Below, in pieces: positions 39,795 to 47,685 of a DNA stretch of 50,200 nucleotides (within the stretch, counting starts at the first letter, position 1; the number at the start of each line of letters is the position of its first letter). The DNA is taken from IMG/VR virus record IMGVR_UViG_3300045988_033256; one strand, given 5' to 3'. The DNA is from a virus. The translations under genes and the position numbers were made by a program. The notes beneath the pieces were generated by a model. The model worked only from the letters and a program-made list of their open reading frames with translations. It searched no databases and was not told where the DNA came from.

Positions 39795-41213
39795 TTATTC
39801 CTCGCCCTCTGTTAGCTTTTCCGCGTTCGGCATCATTGCCCGCGCTTCTTCCTCGGTTACGCCGTACTTCTTTGCAATGTACAGCTCGCCTCGAATGAGA
39901 CCGGCAGAAACGTCATTGCGCATATCCGCAAGTTCTTTCTGCTTGCTCTCGGTGTCCTGCACAACGCCGTCGCCCCAATCGCACTGCAAGTCCCAATCAC
40001 CAGCAGGCGCAAGACCGTAAAGCGTGGCGTAAACGTCCATTCCATACAGCAAGCCGTTCAGAGCGTGTTCAAGTGCCGCCTGCGCATCCCTCACAGTGAC
40101 ATACATTGTCTGCTTACTGGATACGATCTCGGTTGCAGTTGCGTTTACCGTCTGCGGGTCGGACAGCGTGCCGAAAGACAAGCCGCAGTTCAGCTCGATC
40201 ATTTTCAAGGTGTCTTGGAAGCCCTTGTATAGTGCATCGTTGCGGAATGCCGGTGAAAACTCCTGATAGAAGTCTACGTCTTCAAACGGCATTCGGCGGA
40301 ACAGACGGTCACGGAGCAGCGGGTTCGTGTGCGATAGTCCGTGCTCATCTACAACGCGCTGTGGAATCGCAGAATCACTCATCAGGATACGGCGTTCGCC
40401 GCTTTCATATTCCCACATGAGCCGCTCCCACTGCTGGTCAGCCTGCCGGATGAGGTCAACTGCTGCGCCGCTGTAAAGCGACACACCGAGCGGGCTTTCC
40501 GGCTCGATGTTGTTTGCAATCGGCACTTTGAAAAAACCGAAAAGCGGACGTTCTACGTTCTGAATCGTCGTTTCCGGCGCAATCTGTGCCCAGTCCTCTA
40601 CAGTATTCAGCGGTACTTCCGAGCCGATACTACCGTTCTTGTCGGAGTTGTACGCCTTGTTCTTGATGGTGTACACGCCGCTTTTCAGTTCGTGGTACTC
40701 CAATTTGGTATAATATCGGTTCTTTTCTCGCTTGGTATCCGCGAACACTGCCGCTGTGATTTCGCCGTTGCTGTCAACACTGACCGGGTACGCGCTGCCG
40801 ACTGTGTTAAAGTCCACAAGCACACGGTTCTCTGATACAAACGGCTTGTAGAAGAAACCGCCGACCGAGAGACCCTTTTCAACGTCAATTCGCATGTGTG
40901 GAATCATACCGCGCAGGCTTTCGTTTAGGAACTCGGCTCGTGCGCCGCCATCAACAGTGATGGTGCTTTCAATGGTGGTTGGGCGTGCCACTGCTCGGCA
41001 GATAGCCGACGGCAGGCCGCAAGACGTAACATTCCGGTTGCCGTGCTGACCGAGCCACTCGGCATCGTCCATATACATCCGTCGCCACAGGTCAATGTTT
41101 GACTGCATCGTGGAATCATAGACCGCCGTCGCCCCTGTCAGTTCTTCAATTTTGTTTGCCGGAATCATTGCTTGCCTCACCGCCTTTATTAACTGCTTCA
41201 ACCGTTCAAACAT
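39795..41213 (-). CDS. Portal protein (SPP1 gp6-like)
   Basis: 472 aa. It overlaps the terL end and has the typical size and position. Confidence 0.9.
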   Translation of the reverse strand: MFERLKQLIKAVRQAMIPANKIEELTGATAVYDSTMQSNIDLWRRMYMDDAEWLGQHGNRNVTSCGLPSAICRAVARPTTIESTITVDGGARAEFLNESLRGMIPHMRIDVEKGLSVGGFFYKPFVSENRVLVDFNTVGSAYPVSVDSNGEITAAVFADTKREKNRYYTKLEYHELKSGVYTIKNKAYNSDKNGSIGSEVPLNTVEDWAQIAPETTIQNVERPLFGFFKVPIANNIEPESPLGVSLYSGAAVDLIRQADQQWERLMWEYESGERRILMSDSAIPQRVVDEHGLSHTNPLLRDRLFRRMPFEDVDFYQEFSPAFRNDALYKGFQDTLKMIELNCGLSFGTLSDPQTVNATATEIVSSKQTMYVTVRDAQAALEHALNGLLYGMDVYATLYGLAPAGDWDLQCDWGDGVVQDTESKQKELADMRNDVSAGLIRGELYIAKKYGVTEEEARAMMPNAEKLTEGEE

Positions 41214-42483
41214 TCACAAGCCCCCTTGCTCTAACCTCTCGGCGCACTATCGTCTGGAAGTAATAGCGTGATGCGTCCATATCATGGTCGAATTCCTTGA
41301 TAACCGCATCTTCGGGGGATTTATCGTCCCACATATACATGCCGAATTCGTCGATTGCTCCGGTACAGCTTGCATTGTACTGTGCATAACCAGCAGCAAG
41401 CAGCGTTCCCATCAGGCGGATACCGTCAAGCACGCTGTTGTCTGCGTCACGCACACGGAATTTACCGTGTCTGCGGATTGTTTCCTTGAACGATGCAGCC
41501 GAGGGGTCAATAATGATCGCCTCGATATACTGACCACCAACGAACGTTTCAAGATCGGCGTAGTATTCCTCATCTGTTTTCTGTTTCTTCTCCTTGCGGC
41601 TGTCGTGCCGATACGCACGCACGCAAGTTGATTTGCAGGTCATTTCATCAAACCGCCAAAGCTGGAACACGGTCGGGTTAATCGTGCCGTAGTCACAGGA
41701 CACAAACCAGCGATTGCCGGAACCTTCACCATCCGTAACGTGCAGTTCGGTTGAGAACATAGGATAAACCAGACCCTCTGCAACACGTCGCATACCGAGG
41801 ATATCACGCTGATACCAGATGCTCTTGCGGTCGTATGTCGCAAGGATTTCTTTCAGACGTTCATCCGATACAGAAAGGTTGTCTGCAATGGTGAAATGTC
41901 CGTAGTTGAAACCGTAGTTTGGGTTCTCCCGCTGCTTCTCCATATGGAAGTTGAGCACGTCTGTGTAGTACGGGTGGTTCTCGCCCTTCGGGTTAAGATC
42001 GTGATAAATACCACGGTCACCGCTCGTCATGGTACGGTCAAAGACTTCCTGCACAAACTTAGGGTGGCACTCGTTTGCCTCAGTGATATACGCAAGGCCG
42101 TAAGTGTTGCCCTTAATGTTCTTCTCGTCGCCGTCTTTACGACCGCCGGATACAAGCACGATCTTCTCAGCGCCGTTCCGCGTCTTGACGTAGATGCAGT
42201 CTCGGTTCTGGTACTTACCTACCCGGCAATTCTGCTTGCCGAAATAGTTAATCATGCCGTAACCGTCGCAGTCGATGATATTAAGCATTGCCGACGCAGT
42301 AGAAACGCCTGCAATGAGGTGAAATCTGTTCGGGTGCTTTTCCAATCGAGCGCAGAACGCCGTTGTTTGCAATACGTTCTTACCGCCACGCTTGCCGCCC
42401 TCGGCCACGTTGAACCAGCTATGAAGGGATTTATAGAAATAATCCACTTGTTTTTTCGTGAACGGTGCGGGGATATTATCCAT
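41206..42483 (-). CDS. terL: Terminase large subunit (PBSX/Terminase_3-like)
   Basis: The track start is TTG at 42489; the ATG at 42483 is used. The protein has the Walker A-like segment AEGGKRGGKN and a C-terminal nuclease domain. Confidence 0.93.
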   Translation of the reverse strand: MDNIPAPFTKKQVDYFYKSLHSWFNVAEGGKRGGKNVLQTTAFCARLEKHPNRFHLIAGVSTASAMLNIIDCDGYGMINYFGKQNCRVGKYQNRDCIYVKTRNGAEKIVLVSGGRKDGDEKNIKGNTYGLAYITEANECHPKFVQEVFDRTMTSGDRGIYHDLNPKGENHPYYTDVLNFHMEKQRENPNYGFNYGHFTIADNLSVSDERLKEILATYDRKSIWYQRDILGMRRVAEGLVYPMFSTELHVTDGEGSGNRWFVSCDYGTINPTVFQLWRFDEMTCKSTCVRAYRHDSRKEKKQKTDEEYYADLETFVGGQYIEAIIIDPSAASFKETIRRHGKFRVRDADNSVLDGIRLMGTLLAAGYAQYNASCTGAIDEFGMYMWDDKSPEDAVIKEFDHDMDASRYYFQTIVRREVRARGLVNV

Positions 42484-42847
42484 CTTCAAAATCCTTTATG
42501 TCTCTGTCCGGTGCAGGCTTCATCAGCATATCAACGAGTGGCTGCACGCCGTTGTCGTTGTCGCTTTCCATCGGCGCAGGGGTATCGCTCTGCCCGAGGT
42601 ACTGCCTACCTAACCAGATCAGCATTTGTATATTTCCACCTTTAGCCGCCTGTACCTGCCAGTGTCTCAAACGCAAGCGCATCTGTGACACGCCGCGCAC
42701 ATAAGCCGCCCTTACATCCTTGCGATTCAGAAAGTTTCCTCTCGCAAAGTCCAGAGCGTCCGCAATGTCCGCTTGGGTATTGCCCTCTGCGGCAAGTTCT
42801 TCGACGGCTTCAAGATCAATTACTTTCTTCGGTCTGCCTCTCGGCAT
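42476..42847 (-). CDS. terS: Terminase small subunit
   Basis: The N-terminus MPRGRPKK is followed by the HTH GNTQADIADAL. It overlaps terL. RBS AAAGGAGG is present. Confidence 0.8.
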   Translation of the reverse strand: MPRGRPKKVIDLEAVEELAAEGNTQADIADALDFARGNFLNRKDVRAAYVRGVSQMRLRLRHWQVQAAKGGNIQMLIWLGRQYLGQSDTPAPMESDNDNGVQPLVDMLMKPAPDRDIKDFEDG

Positions 42848-42869
42848 TTCCTAACCTCCTTTCACCCAA

Positions 42870-42898
42870 TAGAAAAGCACCGAGACTTTCCCGGTGCT
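42870..42898 (-). terminator. Rho-independent terminator 22 nt upstream of terS
   Basis: The minus strand reads AGCACCG-ggaaagtct-CGGTGCT followed by TTTTCTATT. Confidence 0.7.
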
Positions 42899-42920
42899 TT
42901 GTCTGTTGAGTTGTGTTTGC

Positions 42921-43046
42921 TTAGGTCGAGGACGAGCGAGCGCCACGAGCGCCAGCCGCACGACGGCCAACCGCTACGCTACGACGGCGCACACCGCCAG
43001 AACGGCCACGGTTTGCAAGTCTGCCACTACCATAACCACTACCCAT
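42921..43046 (-). CDS. Arg/Gly-rich peptide (41 aa) bracketed by two terminators
   Basis: Hand translation gives MGSGYGSGRLANRGRSGGVRRRSVAVGRRAAGARGARSSST. RBS GGAGGTG lies 5 nt before the ATG at 43046. It is below the track cutoff and could instead be a non-coding leader. Confidence 0.4.
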   Translation of the reverse strand: MGSGYGSGRLANRGRSGGVRRRSVAVGRRAAGARGARSSST

Positions 43047-43065
43047 GCTCCACACCTCCTTTCAA

Positions 43066-43100
43066 ATATACAAAAAGGACTATCTTTCGCAGATAATCCT
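43066..43100 (-). terminator. Rho-independent terminator after gene 43112..43477
   Basis: The minus strand reads AGGATTATC-tgcgaaa-GATAGTCCT (9 bp, one G.U pair) followed by TTTTTGTATATTT. Confidence 0.75.
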
Positions 43101-43111
43101 TTCCGTTATAT

Positions 43112-43477
43112 TTATTCACCAATGATTTTGCTCAAATATTCTTTTGAGCCTTTGCCGATTCGCGCAAACTTCATATCTTCGGTTTTAATCGGACGCTTGA
43201 CCGCCCGCGCGAATTCCTTGCCTTCGATATACTTTAGATCAGTATCGAATTCGAGAGATTCAAGAAATTCCTCTTTCTGCGCTCTGCTGGTAAAGCAGAT
43301 ACAACACCAATATTCAGTGTCGCACATATCGCGGAATCGCTTGTTCTCAGCGCCCATGCGCTCGCGGAAACTCTTTTCTACGTCTCCCAGTTCATCGAGG
43401 CACTCGCTTTCGAGCTGCTCTAATTCAATGTGATCGTCTTTTGTTTCCTTAACTTCGTCGTCGTTCCAATATCCCAT
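43112..43477 (-). CDS. Hypothetical acidic protein (121 aa)
   Basis: The ATG at 43477 overlaps the upstream stop. No motif was recognised. Confidence 0.6.
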   Translation of the reverse strand: MGYWNDDEVKETKDDHIELEQLESECLDELGDVEKSFRERMGAENKRFRDMCDTEYWCCICFTSRAQKEEFLESLEFDTDLKYIEGKEFARAVKRPIKTEDMKFARIGKGSKEYLSKIIGE

Positions 43478-44184
43478 TACAGTTCGCCCCTCCTGAATAA
43501 CTCAAGTTCCGCAAGCGGAAACCATGTGATGATCTTTTCGTAATCCCTCGGGAAATTCTCCTTGATCGGCTTCAAGAACCGGTAATCGATACCATCGAAC
43601 GTTCTGCCGAACAGCTTATAGTCTACCGGCAACCGAACACCGCTTGCATCAAATTCGCGCAGCAAGTCGGCCTTTACCCAGTCGAACACCGGATAGAACC
43701 GCTTTGCATTGTGGTTGATCGCTCCATGTGTTTTCATGGCGATACGCCGCATAGGACTGTCTGCCATTCTAACGCCGGTCGCAGTGTATACGCATTCCGG
43801 CAGGCGCTTGCATTCGCGGATGATCTCGCCAATCTCGGCATCATCATATTCTTCGCCCGGCAAGTCCAGCGCCTCGATCTTGGTTACATGCTCCGGCGAC
43901 TGGAAGACCAGATTTCGCAGCAGCCGGTACAGTGATCTGTGCGGCAGTCTGTAAATGTGAGTGCCGAAAAAATCCTCATAGTATGCGAGGCTGTTTTCGA
44001 CGAATTCCAGACCCGGCACAGTGTAACAATAATACGGGATTACATGCTTGAAGTACTTTCTCAGCTGCAACCACGCTGCAATGCTGTCCTTACCTGTGGA
44101 AAATGCTAAGATCGCGGTATCGCATTCCTCTGCCATAGTGCGGCACAGGCTCTCTCCGCTGCTTGCATCTACTCTATCATACAC
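43477..44184 (-). CDS. PAPS-reductase / PP-loop ATPase family protein
   Basis: AILAFSTGKDSIAAW is a PP-loop SGGKDS variant. A GTG start at 44184 is proposed, with GAGGAGGA 9 nt upstream and overlapping the upstream TAG. An ATG at 44136 is the alternative. Confidence 0.75.
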   Translation of the reverse strand: MYDRVDASSGESLCRTMAEECDTAILAFSTGKDSIAAWLQLRKYFKHVIPYYCYTVPGLEFVENSLAYYEDFFGTHIYRLPHRSLYRLLRNLVFQSPEHVTKIEALDLPGEEYDDAEIGEIIRECKRLPECVYTATGVRMADSPMRRIAMKTHGAINHNAKRFYPVFDWVKADLLREFDASGVRLPVDYKLFGRTFDGIDYRFLKPIKENFPRDYEKIITWFPLAELELFRRGEL

Positions 44185-44384
44185 TACGCTTTGTCCTCCT
44201 CTTTGTCTCGCTCCATCTGGCAATCAATCGCACGAGCGATAAAGCCATTCACGCTTTCGCTCCGGCCTTCCACATGGGATTTGATCTCTTCTTTCTTACC
44301 TTTCGGCAGGGTTAAATTAACCCGGTCATACGCCTTGTTGATGTACTTATTGGTTGCTTTCTGCTGCGCCTTGCTGGATGGCAT
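44184..44384 (-). CDS. Arc/CopG-like ribbon-helix-helix protein (66 aa)
   Basis: The start is trimmed to the ATG at 44384, preceded by GGAGGTG. The protein reads KATNKYINKAYDRVNLTLPKGKKEEIKSHVEGRSESVNGFIARAI. Confidence 0.7.
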   Translation of the reverse strand: MPSSKAQQKATNKYINKAYDRVNLTLPKGKKEEIKSHVEGRSESVNGFIARAIDCQMERDKEEDKA

Positions 44385-44409
44385 ATAACAGCACCTCCTA
44401 ACGATAGCT

Positions 44410-44438
44410 ATTATACGCCTCAGATATGTTTGTGTAAA
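44410..44438 (-). promoter_or_regulatory. Promoter TTTACA-17-TATAAT for the RHH operon
   Basis: The -10 is the reverse complement of 44410-44415. The -35 is the reverse complement of 44433-44438. Confidence 0.6.
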
Positions 44439-44455
44439 TATACATAACCAACAAA

Positions 44456-44508
44456 TATACTTGCGCAAATATAGTTGTTTTGCCTATTGCTATACTTGCG
44501 CAAATATA
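44456..44508. promoter_or_regulatory. Two identical 18-bp near-palindromic operators TATACTTGCGCAAATATA (44456-44473 and 44491-44508)
   Basis: It is a perfect direct repeat with a 35-bp period and a palindromic core TTGCGCAA. Copy 2 fills the spacer of the + strand promoter. Confidence 0.75.
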
Positions 44509-44515
44509 TTATACT
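44487..44515 (+). promoter_or_regulatory. Promoter TTGCTA-17-TATACT for the + strand cassette
   Basis: The hexamers lie at 44487-44492 and 44510-44515. Confidence 0.55.
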
Positions 44516-44559
44516 ATAGTCACAGTAAAGAAAACGAACACCGAAAGGAAGTAATCAAT

Positions 44560-45024
44560 ATGTTAACTAACCGAGAAACCAACGCAGCAATCAAGCGCGA
44601 ACTGAAAGCCGCAGGCTACAACACCAAGTCCTTCAAGGTATCCGTTAAGGATTGCGGATACAGCACCAGCGCACATGTTACGATCAAAGATCCGGCTGTT
44701 AAGCGCAGCGACGTTGAGAAGCTGCTCATGCACTGGGACGAGATCGACCGCGACGAGCGCACCGGTGAAATCCTCGCAGGCGGCAACTTTTATATGTTCG
44801 TTGAGTACGAGTACGGCCTCTTTGATGAGGTATCCGCCGAGTACATCGACGAGGCGGAAAAGGTGCTCAGAAGTTCCGAGGGCATCATAACGGTTCGCCC
44901 TGGTCTCCTGTACTATGACTACCGTCTTCACGACAGCAAAAGCCGCTGCACCGCCATTGGCGGAGCGAAAGAACTTGCTAAGTACATTTACCTGTATCAG
45001 CAGTTCGGCACGATCGGCGCTTAA
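44560..45024 (+). CDS. Hypothetical protein (154 aa), resembling LPD29-type domains of conjugative-element polyvalent proteins
   Basis: The start is trimmed to the ATG at 44560, preceded by AAAGGAAG. The N-terminus reads TNAAIKRELKAAGYNTKSFKVSVKDCGYSTSAHVTIKDP. Confidence 0.65.
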   Translation: MLTNRETNAAIKRELKAAGYNTKSFKVSVKDCGYSTSAHVTIKDPAVKRSDVEKLLMHWDEIDRDERTGEILAGGNFYMFVEYEYGLFDEVSAEYIDEAEKVLRSSEGIITVRPGLLYYDYRLHDSKSRCTAIGGAKELAKYIYLYQQFGTIGA

Positions 45025-45090
45025 AAGGTTCTCGCGGGGTTCATCCCAAAGCCCCGCAGCCACAATAATTTTAATTTGGAGGTACACACC

Positions 45091-45636
45091 ATGAACACCA
45101 TCAAGCACACCGAATACAAATACAACGGTCGCCGGGTTATCCTCGACACCTGCGAACTCACGCCGGGCAAATACGAGACTATGCTCCTGTACCCCAACGG
45201 CCACGAGATCGACTGCCGCACGGCACGCACCGAGGCGGACGCAATCGCAGACTTTGACGAGCTGCTGACCGCCTACCCGGCAGACACCAAGCCCGCAGCA
45301 CCCAAGCCGCTTACCGGCAAGTACGCCAAGCTCCGCGACGATCTGCGCAAGGTGTACGAGATCGGCAAAGCCGCAGCCGCACAAGTTGAGGACGGCGGCA
45401 CCTGCAATTTAGATGCGCCCTCGCTCCTACTCCCGCGCTGGCAGTCCGCCAAGATTGAGCAGGCTTGCAAGGAGGCAGGATGCGGCTGCTTTGAGTGGAA
45501 GTGCTTTAACCGGCGTTGGGTTATCTGCTTCCACATTCCCGGTCAGGCATACAAGCGCGAGACCGCTGCCGAGGTAATGACCAAGGCGCTTACCGCTATG
45601 GGCTATGATGCCCTCACATACTGCGCCATCGACTAA
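45091..45636 (+). CDS. Hypothetical protein (181 aa)
   Basis: The ATG at 45091 is preceded by TTGGAGGT. The protein contains DGGTCNLDAPSLLLPRW...GCGCFEW...PGQAYKRETAAEVMTKALTAMGYDA. Confidence 0.65.
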   Translation: MNTIKHTEYKYNGRRVILDTCELTPGKYETMLLYPNGHEIDCRTARTEADAIADFDELLTAYPADTKPAAPKPLTGKYAKLRDDLRKVYEIGKAAAAQVEDGGTCNLDAPSLLLPRWQSAKIEQACKEAGCGCFEWKCFNRRWVICFHIPGQAYKRETAAEVMTKALTAMGYDALTYCAID

Positions 45637-45704
45637 CCCACTCACCCGCCCCGGAGGAACGAGGGAATTCTCCCGCCCGGCTCATGCACCCGCGGCGGAA
45701 CATA

Positions 45705-45734
45705 TTGACACTACCCCGCACATCGGGGTACAAT
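45705..45734 (+). promoter_or_regulatory. Internal promoter TTGACA-18-TACAAT
   Basis: The hexamers lie at 45705-45710 and 45729-45734. The spacer contains a ccccg/cgggg hairpin. Confidence 0.5.
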
Positions 45735-45821
45735 TATCACAACAGCGCAAAACCTAAAGTCCTGCATATCGGACTTACAACGTGATACACTATTCACAAC
45801 AAACAAGGAGGAAAAAATATC

Positions 45822-46055
45822 ATGGCAGATTTAAGAGTTTGGGACAACGCAGGCAACATGATTCCTAACAAAACCGTACAGGATTGGATTGATTTTTACA
45901 AGGCGCAAGGCTACAGCGGCAACTTTTTCATCAATAAAAAGTGCTATGATTTCTTCACTCTTTCCGTCCGCACCCCCTACGATGTGGACAAATCCAAAGT
46001 TGTAACCAAAATCGACAACGGTTACTACGGCACGCCGGGCATTATCACCGAGTAA
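45822..46055 (+). CDS. Hypothetical protein (77 aa)
   Basis: RBS AAGGAGGAAAAAA is present. Confidence 0.6.
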   Translation: MADLRVWDNAGNMIPNKTVQDWIDFYKAQGYSGNFFINKKCYDFFTLSVRTPYDVDKSKVVTKIDNGYYGTPGIITE

Positions 46056-46068
46056 AGGAGGCAGCAAA

Positions 46069-46506
46069 ATGAAAATTCAAGTAGTGAAAGACTACACGAC
46101 GAATTTTGAGGGCGATGTTTATACCATCGACCTCAGCCGCAAATTTGAGGGATTCGAACCCGGAGATTTGATCTGTTATGCTTGTCCGTTCTCGCCTGCT
46201 ATGCCGCTGCAGCTCGAACTTGCAATTCGTGCAGACGGTTCTTTGATCTTCCGAAGCTGGAAATTTATCGAGGGCGAAGGAAACCATTACCTTCACACGC
46301 GCGAGCTTTCCGAGGCCGACCGCAAAGGCATCCAAACGCCATTCATTCCAACCGAAGCGCAGACCGATACCGTGAACGGCCTGTTCTCAGGCCGCATCAA
46401 GTTTGAAGGTCTAAAACTTGCGGTAGGCTCTACTCTCCAGCGCATTTGCCCTATCGACTTGCAGCGCGAAGAAAAGCTGACCGGCGAAAATATTTATCTT
46501 GCCTGA
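46069..46506 (+). CDS. Hypothetical protein (145 aa)
   Basis: RBS AAAGGAGG is present. Confidence 0.65.
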   Translation: MKIQVVKDYTTNFEGDVYTIDLSRKFEGFEPGDLICYACPFSPAMPLQLELAIRADGSLIFRSWKFIEGEGNHYLHTRELSEADRKGIQTPFIPTEAQTDTVNGLFSGRIKFEGLKLAVGSTLQRICPIDLQREEKLTGENIYLA

Positions 46507-46522
46507 TTGTAAATACCATGAC

Positions 46523-46560
46523 AAACCCCGCTCACCAAAGCCATAAGGTGAGCGGGGTTT
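46523..46560. terminator. 14-bp perfect-stem hairpin (bidirectional terminator-like)
   Basis: The stems are aaaccccgctcacc (46523-36) and ggtgagcggggttt (46547-60). Only short U-tracts follow on either strand. Confidence 0.6.
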
Positions 46561-47680
46561 CCCATTATACGACTGTTTCGGTTTTGCAGGACTTGCACCC
46601 GCTTTCGGCTCTATGCAAACCGGTATACCTCCACAGGGAGGTATGAACGCTATCGTCGCGTCTGTACGTCGGGCTTTTACCGACGGTTTCCCGGCTGTCC
46701 AGAACGGTTGTATGAAATCCAGAGAGGTATTACCTCACTTTCGCAAGTTTACTTGTGTTTCCGTTCTGTGTGATTAGGTTGTTTATTGCAAGAGATAAAC
46801 AGACTGGTGCTCTTTCGTGGCGTGTACTTAGCCACCCGAAAGCGCCGTATCGGCTTTGTAACTTTGTTAGCAAACTGGTGTTTTGCTCTCGGCTCTCTAA
46901 GTCCGTGTGAGTGCTTATCCAGTAGCACTCGCCCTCTCGATATAGGCTGTTCGGCGTCTCTGTCCGTCGTGTCACGCGTCTCTATCGGTGCGTAATCCGG
47001 CTGATTCCCTCGTAAGGTTACAGCGGGGAGCGACCCCGGTCGCGGCGTGCCTGCAAGCACCCGCTGAACTCTGCAAAGCCGTTGCAGCAGCTTCACAGGC
47101 GTTCGGAAACAGATTGTCCGTCTTTCCAGACTGTCAGAATATTATCGTCCTCGTTGGAGGCGTTGTGCTCCCTCCACCTCATGCAGTTTCGGGAACAGAT
47201 CGCCTTGCACGTCGTCCATCATGCAAGGCTTGCCAAAAGTCCGCCATGTTGCCCTTGGCTAAAAAGGTTCTGTACGTTACCCGTCCGGCCTCATGAAGCC
47301 ATCCGGGCGTTTTTGCGGTGACTGTTGCCCGCAGACACCGCAACACATTCTCAATTTTAGCGTGTATGTTATTACTCCGTCACCCTCATGCAGGCTTTGG
47401 AGCATATCGGCGTGCCGCGCAAAAGACACGCCGAAAGAATAGAAAGGATAATCAATGCCTTCGTTCCGCGAAAGGCGTTTTGCTCCTCTGCCCTCATGCA
47501 GACTTTGGAGCAGGTCAGCGGCAGGTCTCCCCACCGCTTTAAGTAGGTATTTGGGGTTAAACAGAAAGGCTTATCACCCGTCAGCCCTCACGCAGGCTTC
47601 CGGGCGTGTACCCGCCTTTCGGCGGGCTGAAAGTGGAGGAACGAAACTCCGTGATTCCGCCCTTTAGGGCTTTTATCACG
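46561..47680 (-). ncRNA. Candidate large structured non-coding RNA (about 1.1 kb) containing 5-7 repeated hairpin modules; strand tentative
   Basis: No credible ORF or RBS is present. A TGGTATAAT promoter lies at 47686-47694 on the minus strand and a strong hairpin lies at 46523-46560. Local stems are dense, and hairpins with a conserved loop and compensatory stems occur at 47167-47196, 47280-47307, 47373-47404, 47481-47512 and 47575-47608. Confidence 0.55.
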
Positions 47681-47685
47681 ATATC

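Noticed and set aside
47167-47612. Type III toxin-antitoxin (ToxI-like RNA repeats) or a CRISPR-like array as explanation for the repeated hairpin modules
   Set aside because: The units are 94-112 bp long and non-identical outside the loop. No ToxN/AbiE-type endoribonuclease or cas gene is adjacent.
46730-47667. Short ORFs inside the ORF-free locus (46730..46975, 46749..47096, 46988..47296, 47277..47534, 47318..47542 and others)
   Set aside because: They overlap each other on both strands. None has an SD sequence. Their compositions are dominated by Arg/Ser/Pro/Cys/Ala, as expected for translated structured RNA.
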